Translations under genes and position numbers: made by a program
Shown: positions 38,622-48,449 of the stretch, in pieces
How the letters are laid out: each line of letters starts with the position of its first letter
How positions within the stretch are numbered: the stretch's first letter is position 1
IMG/VR virus record: IMGVR_UViG_3300033146_002768
Span: 143,112-207,111 of that record
Direction: 5' to 3' (one strand)
Length of the DNA: 64,000 nucleotides
Notes under the pieces: model-generated
Told to the model about the DNA's origin: nothing
The model's database searches: none
Seen by the model: the letters and a program-made list of their open reading frames with translations, nothing else

Positions 38622-38750
38622 GTGGATAGTATAATTATTACTTGGAATCAAATAGCTATAGCTATGACAGTAAGCTATTTGTTAGGATTATCAACTTTCT
38701 ATATTTCATGGAAATGGATTGATAGAAAAATTAAAAATAGAGTTAATTAA
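38622..38750 (+). CDS. Small membrane protein (GTG start, not in track)
   Basis: AGGAGG RBS; 42 aa with one hydrophobic helix. Confidence 0.5.
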   Translation: MDSIIITWNQIAIAMTVSYLLGLSTFYISWKWIDRKIKNRVN

Positions 38751-38763
38751 AGGAGAGTAAAAA

Positions 38764-39588
38764 ATGGACGTTAGATTACTAGTTATTGATGCACAAGTAG
38801 ATTTTTGTGAACCAGGTGATGTTGATAAAGGAATACCACCAGGAGCACTTTATGTTACTGGAGCAGAAGATGATTGTGAAAGAACTGCTTTAATGATTGA
38901 TAGACTTGGTAAACGGATCAATATGATTTATGCTACATATGATAGCCATAGTCAATTTCAGATTTTTCATCCTATGTTCTGGATGCGAAAAGATGGACAG
39001 TCAGTTAATCCGTTTGATCTTATTACATATGCTGATATTGAGTCCGGTGATATCAGTCCGGTGAATCCTGCTTTAAGAGACTGGTGTTTGTTTTATACTA
39101 AATCTCTTGAAGATGGTGGAAGATATCCTCTTGTAATTTGGCCATACCATTGTCTAATTGGAACACCTGGCTGGAACATGAATAAACAAATTATGGCTTC
39201 TATCCATCAGTGGGAAAGAGATACTTATCGTATCTACAAACCGATTACCAAAGGATCCAACTTTAAAACTGAACATTATTCAGCAGTTAAAGCTGAGGTT
39301 GAAGTACCTGAAGATGTTACAACTCAGTTGAATGATAAAGGTCTTATTAAACCTTTGGAACAAGCAGATGTTATTGCAATTTGTGGTCAGGCGCGTAGTC
39401 ATTGTGTTGCTAATACTGTTCGTGATATTATGGCAAACTTTTCCGATCCTTCTTATATCAAGAAGCTTTATATTCTTGAAGATGCAATGTCTGATGTTGC
39501 TACGTTTGAACATCTCGGTGATACCTTCTTTGAAGATTTTTTGAAGGCTGGCGGAAATATTACAACAACAAAGAAATTTCTTGTATAG
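38764..39588 (+). CDS. pncA: Nicotinamidase/isochorismatase-family hydrolase
   Basis: LLVIDAQVDFC, GALYV, DSH, WPYHC..GT.G, KG, SHCV catalytic set. Confidence 0.8.
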   Translation: MDVRLLVIDAQVDFCEPGDVDKGIPPGALYVTGAEDDCERTALMIDRLGKRINMIYATYDSHSQFQIFHPMFWMRKDGQSVNPFDLITYADIESGDISPVNPALRDWCLFYTKSLEDGGRYPLVIWPYHCLIGTPGWNMNKQIMASIHQWERDTYRIYKPITKGSNFKTEHYSAVKAEVEVPEDVTTQLNDKGLIKPLEQADVIAICGQARSHCVANTVRDIMANFSDPSYIKKLYILEDAMSDVATFEHLGDTFFEDFLKAGGNITTTKKFLV

Positions 39589-39597
39589 GAGAAAAAA

Positions 39598-40335
39598 ATG
39601 GAATTTGAAATACCTGAAAATACTGCGTTTACTTTTTCTGGAGATGACCCAGAAGATATTAAAGATCCTTCTGATGAATATACACTGGTTTCAATTGCAG
39701 AAGATGTAAGTCCTTCAACCAGTGGTGTAAGACAATTGATGTGTGATGGAAAAAAGATTGTTAACCAGGCATGTAAGAAAAATCCAAGAGTTGATAAATT
39801 GATGATTCATTACACAAAGTTTGGATCCAGCATTGAAGAAGATCATGGATTTAAACCAGTTTCTGAAATTGATGAAAATGATTATCAACCTTCCATGACT
39901 ATCGGTGGATCAACTTGTCTTTATGATGCTACATATAATTCTCTTGCAGCACTTCAAAGATATGCAGAGATCCTTGATAAATCTGATATCGGTTGTAATG
40001 GTATTGCTTTTGTTTATACTGACGGGATGGATAATGCTTCAACCCTTGGTCCTCAGTCAATTGTTGATAAACTTGAGGAAATCAAAATGAAGGAAATCAT
40101 GGAATCCGTGAAAATTATTGTTATTGGATTTTATGATTCAAATGCATCTTATGCTGCAGAGATTAAACAATATCTTGAAGACTTTGTACATGATATTGGG
40201 CTTGATCAATTTGTTGATATTGGAAGTTTGACTCCAGCTCAGGCAGCCAAAACATTTGGATTTGTCAGTCAATCAATCTCTTCTCAAAGTCAACATCTTG
40301 GTACAGGCGGTCCTTCACAGAACCTAACATTTTAA
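39598..40335 (+). CDS. vWA domain protein (TerY-like)
   Basis: DVSPS (MIDAS-like), GG.T.LYDA, TDGMDN.S. Confidence 0.8.
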   Translation: MEFEIPENTAFTFSGDDPEDIKDPSDEYTLVSIAEDVSPSTSGVRQLMCDGKKIVNQACKKNPRVDKLMIHYTKFGSSIEEDHGFKPVSEIDENDYQPSMTIGGSTCLYDATYNSLAALQRYAEILDKSDIGCNGIAFVYTDGMDNASTLGPQSIVDKLEEIKMKEIMESVKIIVIGFYDSNASYAAEIKQYLEDFVHDIGLDQFVDIGSLTPAQAAKTFGFVSQSISSQSQHLGTGGPSQNLTF

Positions 40336-40345
40336 TTAAACATTT

Positions 40346-40381
40346 GGGGAGTCTTAGAGGATTAGAGACTCCCCATTTTTC
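40346..40381 (+). terminator. Rho-independent terminator
   Basis: GGGGAGTCT...AGACTCCCC followed by ATTTTTT. Confidence 0.75.
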
Positions 40382-40392
40382 CGGAGGTAGAA

Positions 40393-40842
40393 ATGAAAAT
40401 AATTGTTAAAAAACCGATTCCAACAAAAGAACTCCCAACTGATACATATCAAATTCATATTAAAAGTATGCATGGCGATGCTGATGCATATACCGAGCAA
40501 ACAAGATTACTTTCAACTATTGATGATGTCATTCAGTATATTAAATTCTTATCAACTGTTTGGACAATGACTGGTGATGAATATAATGATAGTGAAGTTA
40601 GAAAAGCAGTAAAGGAATCCGCAGAAGAATTGGACATACCTGGACATGGTGAAGATATGTGGATGGATTTAGTTGATTTTGATCAGACACGTAATAGCTC
40701 ATATGCTGCTGTAGATGAAATTTGGGTAACTTACTTTAATAGTCGTGGTGTGGAATTTACTGTTGAAATAGAACTTGGTGATAAAGTTCATGATAAGATA
40801 TGTGATTATAAATATAAGGAATATTTTAAAAATGAACATTGA
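40393..40842 (+). CDS. Hypothetical protein
   Basis: 149 aa with GGAGG RBS. Confidence 0.65.
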   Translation: MKIIVKKPIPTKELPTDTYQIHIKSMHGDADAYTEQTRLLSTIDDVIQYIKFLSTVWTMTGDEYNDSEVRKAVKESAEELDIPGHGEDMWMDLVDFDQTRNSSYAAVDEIWVTYFNSRGVEFTVEIELGDKVHDKICDYKYKEYFKNEH

Positions 40843-41716
40843 TACTTTTTTAAAAATAGGACATAGTCATACTATATGTCAGGATTATATCTTGTCTGGT
40901 GATGACCCTTGTCCTTATATCATTCTCGCTGATGGTTGTTCACAAGCAAAGGATAGTGATATAGGAGCAAGGATTTTATGTCATTCAGCTTTAGAAGTTT
41001 TAACAACAATTCAAAGTTATATGGCTTCTGTTGATCCTGTTGAATTAGGTCAATGGATTATTAATCGAGCTATGAATGTTAAAAAATATTTTCATACTAA
41101 AGTTGATTGTCTTGATGCGACTTTGATTATAGCATATCAATTTAATAAAGATTATTATGTTTATATGTATGGAGATGGAGTAATATATACTATTGATCAC
41201 GATGGTAATAGTAGAGCATACAGAAGATATTACAAACCAAATGCTCCAGCGTATCTTAGATATAGAGTTGCTGGTTATGGTAATTACAAAAACTCTAATA
41301 TTGCTTCATTTATGGAAATATCTGGAATATGTGATCAAGTTGAAGATGATATTATGACTCCATACTTCCATAAGTTTTATAAAGGTGATGTGAAAGATTT
41401 AATGATAGCAAGTGATGGTGTTGAATCGTTTGTGTATAAAGAGAAAGTTAGATATAAAACTCTTTATTTTGAATTATTGAAAGCAATGAAAGATAGTAAT
41501 CCTCATTTGATTAGTGGAGTTGATATTCCAAATATTTATAGACCCGACACTTTGGAAATGGATTATCAAAAAGTTATAAGTGACATGTCAACTTTCAAAT
41601 TGACTAAAGGTACCTTCTTAAGTAGACGAGTAAAGAAGGTTATGAGAAATTATCTAAAAGAAGGTTTTATAAATGATGATGACCTTTCGATAGGTTGTTT
41701 TCATGAGGAAAATTAA
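40832..41716 (+). CDS. PP2C-like protein phosphatase
   Basis: G.SH..CQDY, ILADGCS, D.GA, YGDG, IASDG, DDLS. Start adjusted to 40832. Confidence 0.85.
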   Translation: MNIDTFLKIGHSHTICQDYILSGDDPCPYIILADGCSQAKDSDIGARILCHSALEVLTTIQSYMASVDPVELGQWIINRAMNVKKYFHTKVDCLDATLIIAYQFNKDYYVYMYGDGVIYTIDHDGNSRAYRRYYKPNAPAYLRYRVAGYGNYKNSNIASFMEISGICDQVEDDIMTPYFHKFYKGDVKDLMIASDGVESFVYKEKVRYKTLYFELLKAMKDSNPHLISGVDIPNIYRPDTLEMDYQKVISDMSTFKLTKGTFLSRRVKKVMRNYLKEGFINDDDLSIGCFHEEN

Positions 41717-42067
41717 ATGCAGTATAATATCAATATTAGTTATCAAACTGGTAGTAGTTTTCATACTGAAGAATGTGAGGAACTCATAGAACGTGACTGG
41801 AAAGATGTTGATAAAGTAAAAGAATGTTTACAACGAATACAAAATCATTATGAATTTTATCAAAAATATAGTAATATGTATTCAAAACCAAAAGTTAAAA
41901 TTCCAAAAGGTGTTGTATGGGACGAGGATTATAAACAAATTTCATTAGAATTAATAGATGATAATGGAAAACCTTTTCGATATTCAAATTTTTGGACTGG
42001 ATATTTTGAAAAACTTCATATTGCTGAAATTATAATATCGGATAAAGGAATGAGGTATGAACCATGA
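41717..42067 (+). CDS. Hypothetical protein
   Basis: 116 aa ORF. Confidence 0.6.
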   Translation: MQYNINISYQTGSSFHTEECEELIERDWKDVDKVKECLQRIQNHYEFYQKYSNMYSKPKVKIPKGVVWDEDYKQISLELIDDNGKPFRYSNFWTGYFEKLHIAEIIISDKGMRYEP

Positions 42068-43779
42068 AATATTCTATAAAAGGAAAACCAGATGTTAAAC
42101 TTGTTGGTAACGATTTTGTAACATCAGGTGGAGAAGCTAAGATATTTAGAAGGAACAATATTATATATAAAATATATCATACTCCTTCTGAGATGATTCC
42201 TGACGCCAAAATATATGAACTCCAAGAGATAACCGAACCTAATGTATTAATCCCTAAAGAAATAATAACTGACGTTAAGGGGGTTAGGGTAGGGTTTACA
42301 ATGGATTTCGTTGATAACGTTACCCCTTTATGTAAACTATTTACAAACGCGTTTATAAACCAAAATAACGTGTCCAATGATACAATCGTTGCTTTAGTTG
42401 CTGGGATGCAAGAAACAATTTTAAAGATTCATGAAACCAAATCCAAGTGTATTCAAGTGGATGGTAATGAATTAAATTATCTTGTAAGTGAAAGAGATTT
42501 TAAAAAATGTTATTTCATTGATGTAAATTCTTACCAAACTAAATCATTTCCTGCCACCGTTATAATGCCTTCCATTCGTGACTGGTCATCAAAAGTATTT
42601 AATGAATTAACTGACTGGTTTTCATTTGCTATAATTGCATGTCAATTGTTTGTCGGGACTCATCCGTATAAAGGAAAACACCCTGACTTTAAAAGACATG
42701 ATATGATAAATAGAATGAAAGCAAATGTTTCTATATTTAATCAATTTGTCACGACACCAAAGTCTGTTAGAAATTATGACAGAATACCAGTAAAGTATAT
42801 GGACTGGTTCCTTGATTTGTTTGAAAAAGGTAAACGGTTATTGCCTCCAAAAGATTATGGAGAATGGAACTCTAAGGTGAGTTATATAGTAGTAACATCA
42901 ACTGATAACTTTGTTATTGAAGAGATCAATACTCATATAGCATATGATGAAGCTATTATTGCTCATACTAATATAAATGGAAACCCAATAACTAGAACTA
43001 AAAAATCTATTTATGCTGGGTCTCAGAAACACAGAGTGGGTACTAATGTTGATGTAGTCCATACACCAACTTCAATGTGTCCTGTAGTAGTTAAAATAGA
43101 ACATGATATGCTTCATATTTTATCTTTAGATCCAACAAAAAATGTTGATTTAGGATCTCAGATATCTGCTGAAAAAATCATGATTGTTGATGATACTATT
43201 TATCTTAAATCAGAAGGTAATTTAGTAGAGATGAGATTTATGGATGGAACACATCTCTCTCAAATTTTATTAATTACAAAAACAGTTTGGTCTATATCTG
43301 AAAAATCATCTCAATTATTTAAAAATATAATAGTTGAAGATTTATTAGGATCGAAGCATGTTTCTATTCCATTACCAAATAAAGCTCAGAGTCAACTTAT
43401 AAGAAAACGAGTTGTTGAGCTTGATGATTATAAAGTGTTGGATGGAAAATATAGACAAGATGTTGCAATATTTTCTGTGTTCAATCAAACATCTTTGGAA
43501 TATAAATTGTTGGTATTAACTGGTATTACAACTAATCAGTATAATGTTAGAATCATAAATACTGTAGATTCAAATGCAGTTAACTTTGTTACACTTGACA
43601 ATGGTATTGTTATTTTAATTTATGATGATCAGATGGAAATCTTTAGTAATAAGCCATCATCTACAAAAGTTAAAATAATAAAAGATAAAGAATTAAATTC
43701 TGATATGACTCTTTGTAAACGAGGAGTATCAACAAGATTCTTTAGTGGTACTAAACTTTATAGTATCGGAATGAAATAA
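42064..43779 (+). CDS. Ser/Thr protein kinase-like protein (TerY-P kinase type) with long C-terminal region
   Basis: SGGEAKI, YKIYH, VDGNELNYLV, FIDVNSYQ, DWFSFAII..QLF.G.HPYKG. Confidence 0.85.
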   Translation: MKYSIKGKPDVKLVGNDFVTSGGEAKIFRRNNIIYKIYHTPSEMIPDAKIYELQEITEPNVLIPKEIITDVKGVRVGFTMDFVDNVTPLCKLFTNAFINQNNVSNDTIVALVAGMQETILKIHETKSKCIQVDGNELNYLVSERDFKKCYFIDVNSYQTKSFPATVIMPSIRDWSSKVFNELTDWFSFAIIACQLFVGTHPYKGKHPDFKRHDMINRMKANVSIFNQFVTTPKSVRNYDRIPVKYMDWFLDLFEKGKRLLPPKDYGEWNSKVSYIVVTSTDNFVIEEINTHIAYDEAIIAHTNINGNPITRTKKSIYAGSQKHRVGTNVDVVHTPTSMCPVVVKIEHDMLHILSLDPTKNVDLGSQISAEKIMIVDDTIYLKSEGNLVEMRFMDGTHLSQILLITKTVWSISEKSSQLFKNIIVEDLLGSKHVSIPLPNKAQSQLIRKRVVELDDYKVLDGKYRQDVAIFSVFNQTSLEYKLLVLTGITTNQYNVRIINTVDSNAVNFVTLDNGIVILIYDDQMEIFSNKPSSTKVKIIKDKELNSDMTLCKRGVSTRFFSGTKLYSIGMK

Positions 43780-43858
43780 ATGAAAGTTATGGATCATTGA
43801 AGAAATTCTGATACAGATGAAACTAAAAAAATTAAGAACTTGAAAAAGGAGAAAAAGA

Positions 43859-44203
43859 ATGATAACATTTATGTTAGGTGTTTTAGGAAGTGTGATGTTT
43901 TGGTGTATATTTATTCCGATTGATTTTGTTATTGCCATGATGGTTTTAAAGAATATATTTCCAAATGCTTTAAGACCTTTTACAGAAAATAAAAGAGTAT
44001 ATAATTCTTGTTGGGGAGCAAATTGTGATTCATATTTATTTGCTGCTCTTATGGTATTAGTATATACATTATTTTGGTATATAATTATTGTAGGGTTTAT
44101 ATTTTATAAACTTTGTTGTTTCATTTTCCCAGCATTTAAAACTCTTTTTATAAAATTAATAAAAGCAATTCCTGTTATTACAATTAATAAAGTGGAGGAG
44201 TAA
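43859..44203 (+). CDS. Membrane protein
   Basis: Two long hydrophobic segments. Confidence 0.65.
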   Translation: MITFMLGVLGSVMFWCIFIPIDFVIAMMVLKNIFPNALRPFTENKRVYNSCWGANCDSYLFAALMVLVYTLFWYIIIVGFIFYKLCCFIFPAFKTLFIKLIKAIPVITINKVEE

Positions 44204-44208
44204 GAAGA

Positions 44209-45381
44209 ATGATTAAATCATTATGTGATACCGACCTGTATAAATTTACAATGATGCAGGTCGTATTTGAAAAGTATACTTCTGCTCATGTTCGTTATGA
44301 TTTTAAATGTAGAAGTGGTAATATTCTGGAAAATCTTGGTAATAATAAATTTAGATTTATAGTTGATGTAACTAAGGCTATACATGAGTTATGTGAATTA
44401 AAATTCATAAAAGAAGAATTAGAATATTTTGAAAAGATTAGATTTTTCAAACCAAACTTTATTGAATTTCTTAGAACATTTCAACTCAATGAAAATTATA
44501 TTAGAATCAATGAAGAGAATGATGATTTAAGTATTATCATTGAAGGACCTTGGATTTCAACAATTCTTTTTGAGGTTCCAATTCTTGCAATTGTAAGTGA
44601 AACATATCATAAATATCATGATACAGTTGCTACTGCATTGATAACAGGTCAAGAAAAATTTAAAGAAAAAATACAATATCTTGATAATCATATTCATAGA
44701 GATTCTGATTTGAGAATTAATGACCTTGGAACCAGAAGAAGATTTTCATATGATCATCAGTTGGAAATATTGAGAAATGCATGTCATAGTAGATATATTA
44801 AAGGAACATCAAATGTTCACTTTGCAATGAAACTTGGTTTAACTCCAGTTGGTACTATGGCTCATGAGTATATTTGTGCACATCAACAATTAGGTCGTGT
44901 TGAGGATTCTCAGAAAACTGCATTTCAAGTTTGGTCAGATGTATACCGCGGAGAAAATGGTATTGCTTTATCTGATACTGTTGGGTCTAATGCTTTTTTT
45001 AGAGACTTTGATTTATATTTTGCAAAGTTATTCGATGGAGCAAGACATGATTCAGGTGATCCTTACTGGTGGTGTGAACGACTTATTAACCATTATAATA
45101 GTTTAGGAATTGACCCAAAATCTAAGATAGCAGTATTTAGTGATGGATTAACTTTTCCAATTATTGTTGATTTATTTAAAGTTTTTAATAACCAAATAAA
45201 AACATCATTTGGTATTGGGACTAATCTAACTAATGATTGTGGGGTTGACCCTTTACAAATAGTTATGAAAATGACTGAATGTAATGGGAGACCTGTGGCT
45301 AAAATATCCGACTCAGAAGGTAAAGGTATGTGTCGTGATGCTGGATTTGAAAGATATATAAAAGGAATATTTGATGTCTGA
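44209..45381 (+). CDS. pncB: Nicotinate phosphoribosyltransferase
   Basis: DTDLYKFTM, DLGTRRR, GTSN, GTMAHE, LSDT, G.RHDSGDP, FSDGL, FGIGT.L, K....NG.PVAK.SD. Confidence 0.93.
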   Translation: MIKSLCDTDLYKFTMMQVVFEKYTSAHVRYDFKCRSGNILENLGNNKFRFIVDVTKAIHELCELKFIKEELEYFEKIRFFKPNFIEFLRTFQLNENYIRINEENDDLSIIIEGPWISTILFEVPILAIVSETYHKYHDTVATALITGQEKFKEKIQYLDNHIHRDSDLRINDLGTRRRFSYDHQLEILRNACHSRYIKGTSNVHFAMKLGLTPVGTMAHEYICAHQQLGRVEDSQKTAFQVWSDVYRGENGIALSDTVGSNAFFRDFDLYFAKLFDGARHDSGDPYWWCERLINHYNSLGIDPKSKIAVFSDGLTFPIIVDLFKVFNNQIKTSFGIGTNLTNDCGVDPLQIVMKMTECNGRPVAKISDSEGKGMCRDAGFERYIKGIFDV

Positions 45382-45491
45382 AGAAAAAAAGATTGATATC
45401 ACTAAAATTAAATTGAGGGTTAGTGATATTCCAGGAACTGGAAAAGAAATATTTGCTTTCATTGATCAGCCAATAGACATAGGAGAAGACT

Positions 45492-46382
45492 ATGAACGAT
45501 TATAATTTACTTACTATTCAAAATATTGCCCGTGTAAGACATAATATTATTTTAAATACATGTGATTATCTAAAAAAATATTCAAATATTGAATGTCTTG
45601 TTTTGGGTGTTTCTGGTGGAGCTGATAGTGCTCTTGTTGCTCAACTGGCACATGAAGTTTGTGAAATGATGAAAACTGATTATTATGGTCGTAGAAACAT
45701 TCAATTAATTGGGCGAAGTTTACCTATCATGACTAATAAAGTAGATGAACTTAAAAGAGCTAATCAAGTTGGAACATTGATATGTGATGATTTTGATACT
45801 ATTAGTTTAGATGCTTCTTATGAACATTTAGCTGAAACATGTGGGTTTGAGGGTAATTCAAAAAGAGAAACTGCACGCACCAAAGCTATTCGATATGGAA
45901 ATATTAAAGCAAGAATTAGAATGGTTTATCTTTATAATCTTGCCCAACTTAATAGAGGTATGGTATTATCAACTGATAACTATACTGAATATATTCTTGG
46001 GTTTTGGACGCTTCATGGAGATGTTGGTGATTTTGGAATGATTCAAAATTTGTGGAAAACTGAAGTATATATTATGTTAGATTCTATTAGTCGTCATTAT
46101 GTTTATAGTGAGATGAAAGAACTTTCTGATACCTTGAAGTCATGTCGTGATGCTATACCAACTGATGGTCTTGGTATAACTGAATCTGATCTTGATCAGT
46201 TTGGAGGAATTAATTCTTATGAAGAAATTGATTTAATCTTTATTGAGATGATGAATAATGGTTATAGTAAGTTTATTCAACAGGGTGAAATTCCAGAAGT
46301 ATTAACTATGTTTGAAAGGACTAAATATAAAAGAGAAAATCCTTTTAACATTCCACGAAAAAATATGCTGGAGAAATTATGA
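45492..46382 (+). CDS. nadE: NH3-dependent NAD+ synthetase
   Basis: LGVSGGADS, NIKARIRM..LY, STDN.TE...GFWT..GD, L.K.EV, PTDGL. Confidence 0.93.
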   Translation: MNDYNLLTIQNIARVRHNIILNTCDYLKKYSNIECLVLGVSGGADSALVAQLAHEVCEMMKTDYYGRRNIQLIGRSLPIMTNKVDELKRANQVGTLICDDFDTISLDASYEHLAETCGFEGNSKRETARTKAIRYGNIKARIRMVYLYNLAQLNRGMVLSTDNYTEYILGFWTLHGDVGDFGMIQNLWKTEVYIMLDSISRHYVYSEMKELSDTLKSCRDAIPTDGLGITESDLDQFGGINSYEEIDLIFIEMMNNGYSKFIQQGEIPEVLTMFERTKYKRENPFNIPRKNMLEKL

Positions 46383-46813
46383 AAGTAGCATTTGATGTTC
46401 ATGGTACGATTGATGATGCCTCATTTATATCTAAATCTACCATGCGAATGATGTTGAAAATCTTTATGGATTCTGGTTTAGATATTTATATTATCTCAGG
46501 ACCGCCAGAAGAGCAAATTCATAAAGAATTAAAAAAGCTTGGGTATATTGAGGGAACTCATTTTCATTATGATAATGTATTTTCTGTTGTTGACTTTATC
46601 AGATTTAATACTGATGTTAAAATGACTCAAGATGAAAAAGGGTACTGGTGGTGTGATGAAACCTTTTGGTGGGATTCAAAGGGAATAATATGTGAAAAGT
46701 TTGGTATTGATATTATGTTTGATAATGATATTAGATATAAAAAGAATATGCCACACATAACAAAATTTATTCATTGGGAGAAATATAGTGGGAAAAAAAA
46801 TAATAACATATAA
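46379..46813 (+). CDS. HAD-superfamily-like hydrolase
   Basis: VAFDVHGTID motif I variant, ISG, MFDND. Confidence 0.6.
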   Translation: MKVAFDVHGTIDDASFISKSTMRMMLKIFMDSGLDIYIISGPPEEQIHKELKKLGYIEGTHFHYDNVFSVVDFIRFNTDVKMTQDEKGYWWCDETFWWDSKGIICEKFGIDIMFDNDIRYKKNMPHITKFIHWEKYSGKKNNNI

Positions 46814-47210
46814 CGACTATGATCATTTGCTTGATAAACTCATTGATAAAATTGATGGTCATTCTATTCATGGAGAATTAAAATATGTATACGGTCCTCC
46901 AAGAGGAGGATTGCCAATAGCAGTTCATCTTTCACATCATCTTGGTCTTGAATTTGTAACTAAACGAGATATATGTGAATGGTTAAATATGGACGAATTG
47001 CAAAAAGTATTGTTAGTTGATGATATAGCAGATACTGGTAAAACTTTACATGAAATAAAAGACGAAGAAGGAATTGATTTTATTACAGCAACTCTATATT
47101 ATAAACCAAGATCAATTATTAAACCTGACTTCTTTGTTGAAGAAACTACAGAATGGTGTTGTTTCCCTTGGGAGAGGTTAGATGAAGAACCAAATAGGGA
47201 AGGATATTAA
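46788..47210 (+). CDS. Type I phosphoribosyltransferase (Gpt/Hpt-like)
   Basis: GPPRGGL, LLVDDIADTGKTL, FPWE. Confidence 0.85.
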   Translation: MGKKIITYNDYDHLLDKLIDKIDGHSIHGELKYVYGPPRGGLPIAVHLSHHLGLEFVTKRDICEWLNMDELQKVLLVDDIADTGKTLHEIKDEEGIDFITATLYYKPRSIIKPDFFVEETTEWCCFPWERLDEEPNREGY

Positions 47211-47336
47211 TAATGACTTATTCAGAAGGATTATGGCATGCAATACTTGGTTTAGATCCTCAATATGATCATATGAAAGGTTATAATGAAATTAACAATA
47301 AAGATAAGGAGATAAAAGATAAGGAGATAAAAGATA

Positions 47337-47636
47337 ATGAATATAGTAGTTGATAATTATATGATGACAGATGTAGAAGCTTCAAAAAGGAAATGTCCAT
47401 TTATAAAAGATAGACATGGATATTCAATAAGGTGTGATCCCGCATGTATGTCTTGGATTAAAGCAAGAAAAGAAATTGTAAGAGAAAATCATTCTGGTGC
47501 TATAGATGTTATTACAAAAGAATCTAGTGAAAGAGGGTATCAAAAAATTAAAAGAAGAGGACCAAATGGTTGTCAAGGATATCTTTATTTGGAAGCTCAA
47601 GGATTTTGTTTAAGACTTTGGAGTAATGCAATATGA
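47337..47636 (+). CDS. Hypothetical protein
   Basis: 99 aa; CPF...C.P.CMSW...G.C. Confidence 0.6.
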   Translation: MNIVVDNYMMTDVEASKRKCPFIKDRHGYSIRCDPACMSWIKARKEIVRENHSGAIDVITKESSERGYQKIKRRGPNGCQGYLYLEAQGFCLRLWSNAI

Positions 47637-47824
47637 GTAAATTTAAAAGATATCCAATAACTCACTCTCAAGGTATAATTTCAATAGAGAATCTCCCAAA
47701 AGAAAGACTAATCAAAGGAGATTTAGGAATCCAAATTTCTAATAATGGTAGAGTTTGGGTTTGTATTGATGGAGTAGCATTTATAAGATTTAGACCATAC
47801 ATAAAAGGAGATAAAAGTGGATAA
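47633..47824 (+). CDS. Small hypothetical protein
   Basis: 63 aa ORF in operon. Confidence 0.55.
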   Translation: MSKFKRYPITHSQGIISIENLPKERLIKGDLGIQISNNGRVWVCIDGVAFIRFRPYIKGDKSG

Positions 47825-47996
47825 TAAAGCAAAACTATGGCTTTTTTGGATATATTCAATATTAGGTATTTTAGGTATTTCATCTGGAGTTGGTATTTTA
47901 AGTTCATGTGGTTTTGGTTGGATAACTGAAGGAATTTTATCATTGCTAGCTATTCCTGTTGGATTAGAATATAATAAAAAATTCATGGATGAATAA
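47817..47996 (+). CDS. Small two-helix membrane protein (GTG start, not in track)
   Basis: MDNKAKLWLFWIYSILGILG...; AAGGAG RBS. Confidence 0.55.
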   Translation: MDNKAKLWLFWIYSILGILGISSGVGILSSCGFGWITEGILSLLAIPVGLEYNKKFMDE

Positions 47997-48041
47997 TGTG
48001 GGAATGGGAGAAATCCCCTATATCGCACGTTAAGGAGAAAT

Positions 48042-48449
48042 ATGAACTATAAAGGATATTTTGATGGTTCATCCAAAGGTAATCCAGGACTCGCTCAATG
48101 TGGTTGGGCGATTCTGGATAGCCAGGATAATATCATTGATCATGAATCAACAACTGCTGACAAAAAACGGACTAATAATTATGCTGAGTATATGGGGTTG
48201 ATAACTCTATTTAAATATTTGATTACTGCTGATGAAATAGTTAATATAGAAATTTTCGGAGATTCAGCATTAGTAATTAATCAGGTGAATAAAAAATGGA
48301 AATGTAAATCACCTAACCTAAAACCATTATGGATGAATGCTGTTAAATTATTTGAATACTTAGCTACATTTAAATATATTAAATTAACTTGGGTTCCAAG
48401 AGAACAAAATACTATAGCCGATTCTCTTGCCCAGAAAGGAATATTATGA
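48042..48449 (+). CDS. rnhA: Ribonuclease HI
   Basis: FDGSSKGNPG, TNNYAE, GDS.LV..Q, WVPREQN..AD.LA. Confidence 0.93.
   Translation: MNYKGYFDGSSKGNPGLAQCGWAILDSQDNIIDHESTTADKKRTNNYAEYMGLITLFKYLITADEIVNIEIFGDSALVINQVNKKWKCKSPNLKPLWMNAVKLFEYLATFKYIKLTWVPREQNTIADSLAQKGIL

Noticed and set aside
44209-45381. Calling this Nampt (NARP2)
   Set aside because: Motifs (DTDLYKFTM, GTRRR, GTMAHE, PVAK.SD) match enterobacterial-type PncB, and it co-occurs with PncA and NadE
47295-47340. Short direct repeat AAGATAAGGAGATAA x2
   Set aside because: Only two short copies duplicating an RBS; likely slippage with no further structure
47668-48028. Minus-strand ORFs 47668..47943 and 47723..48028
   Set aside because: Antisense to an RBS-supported plus-strand operon that includes 47817..47996
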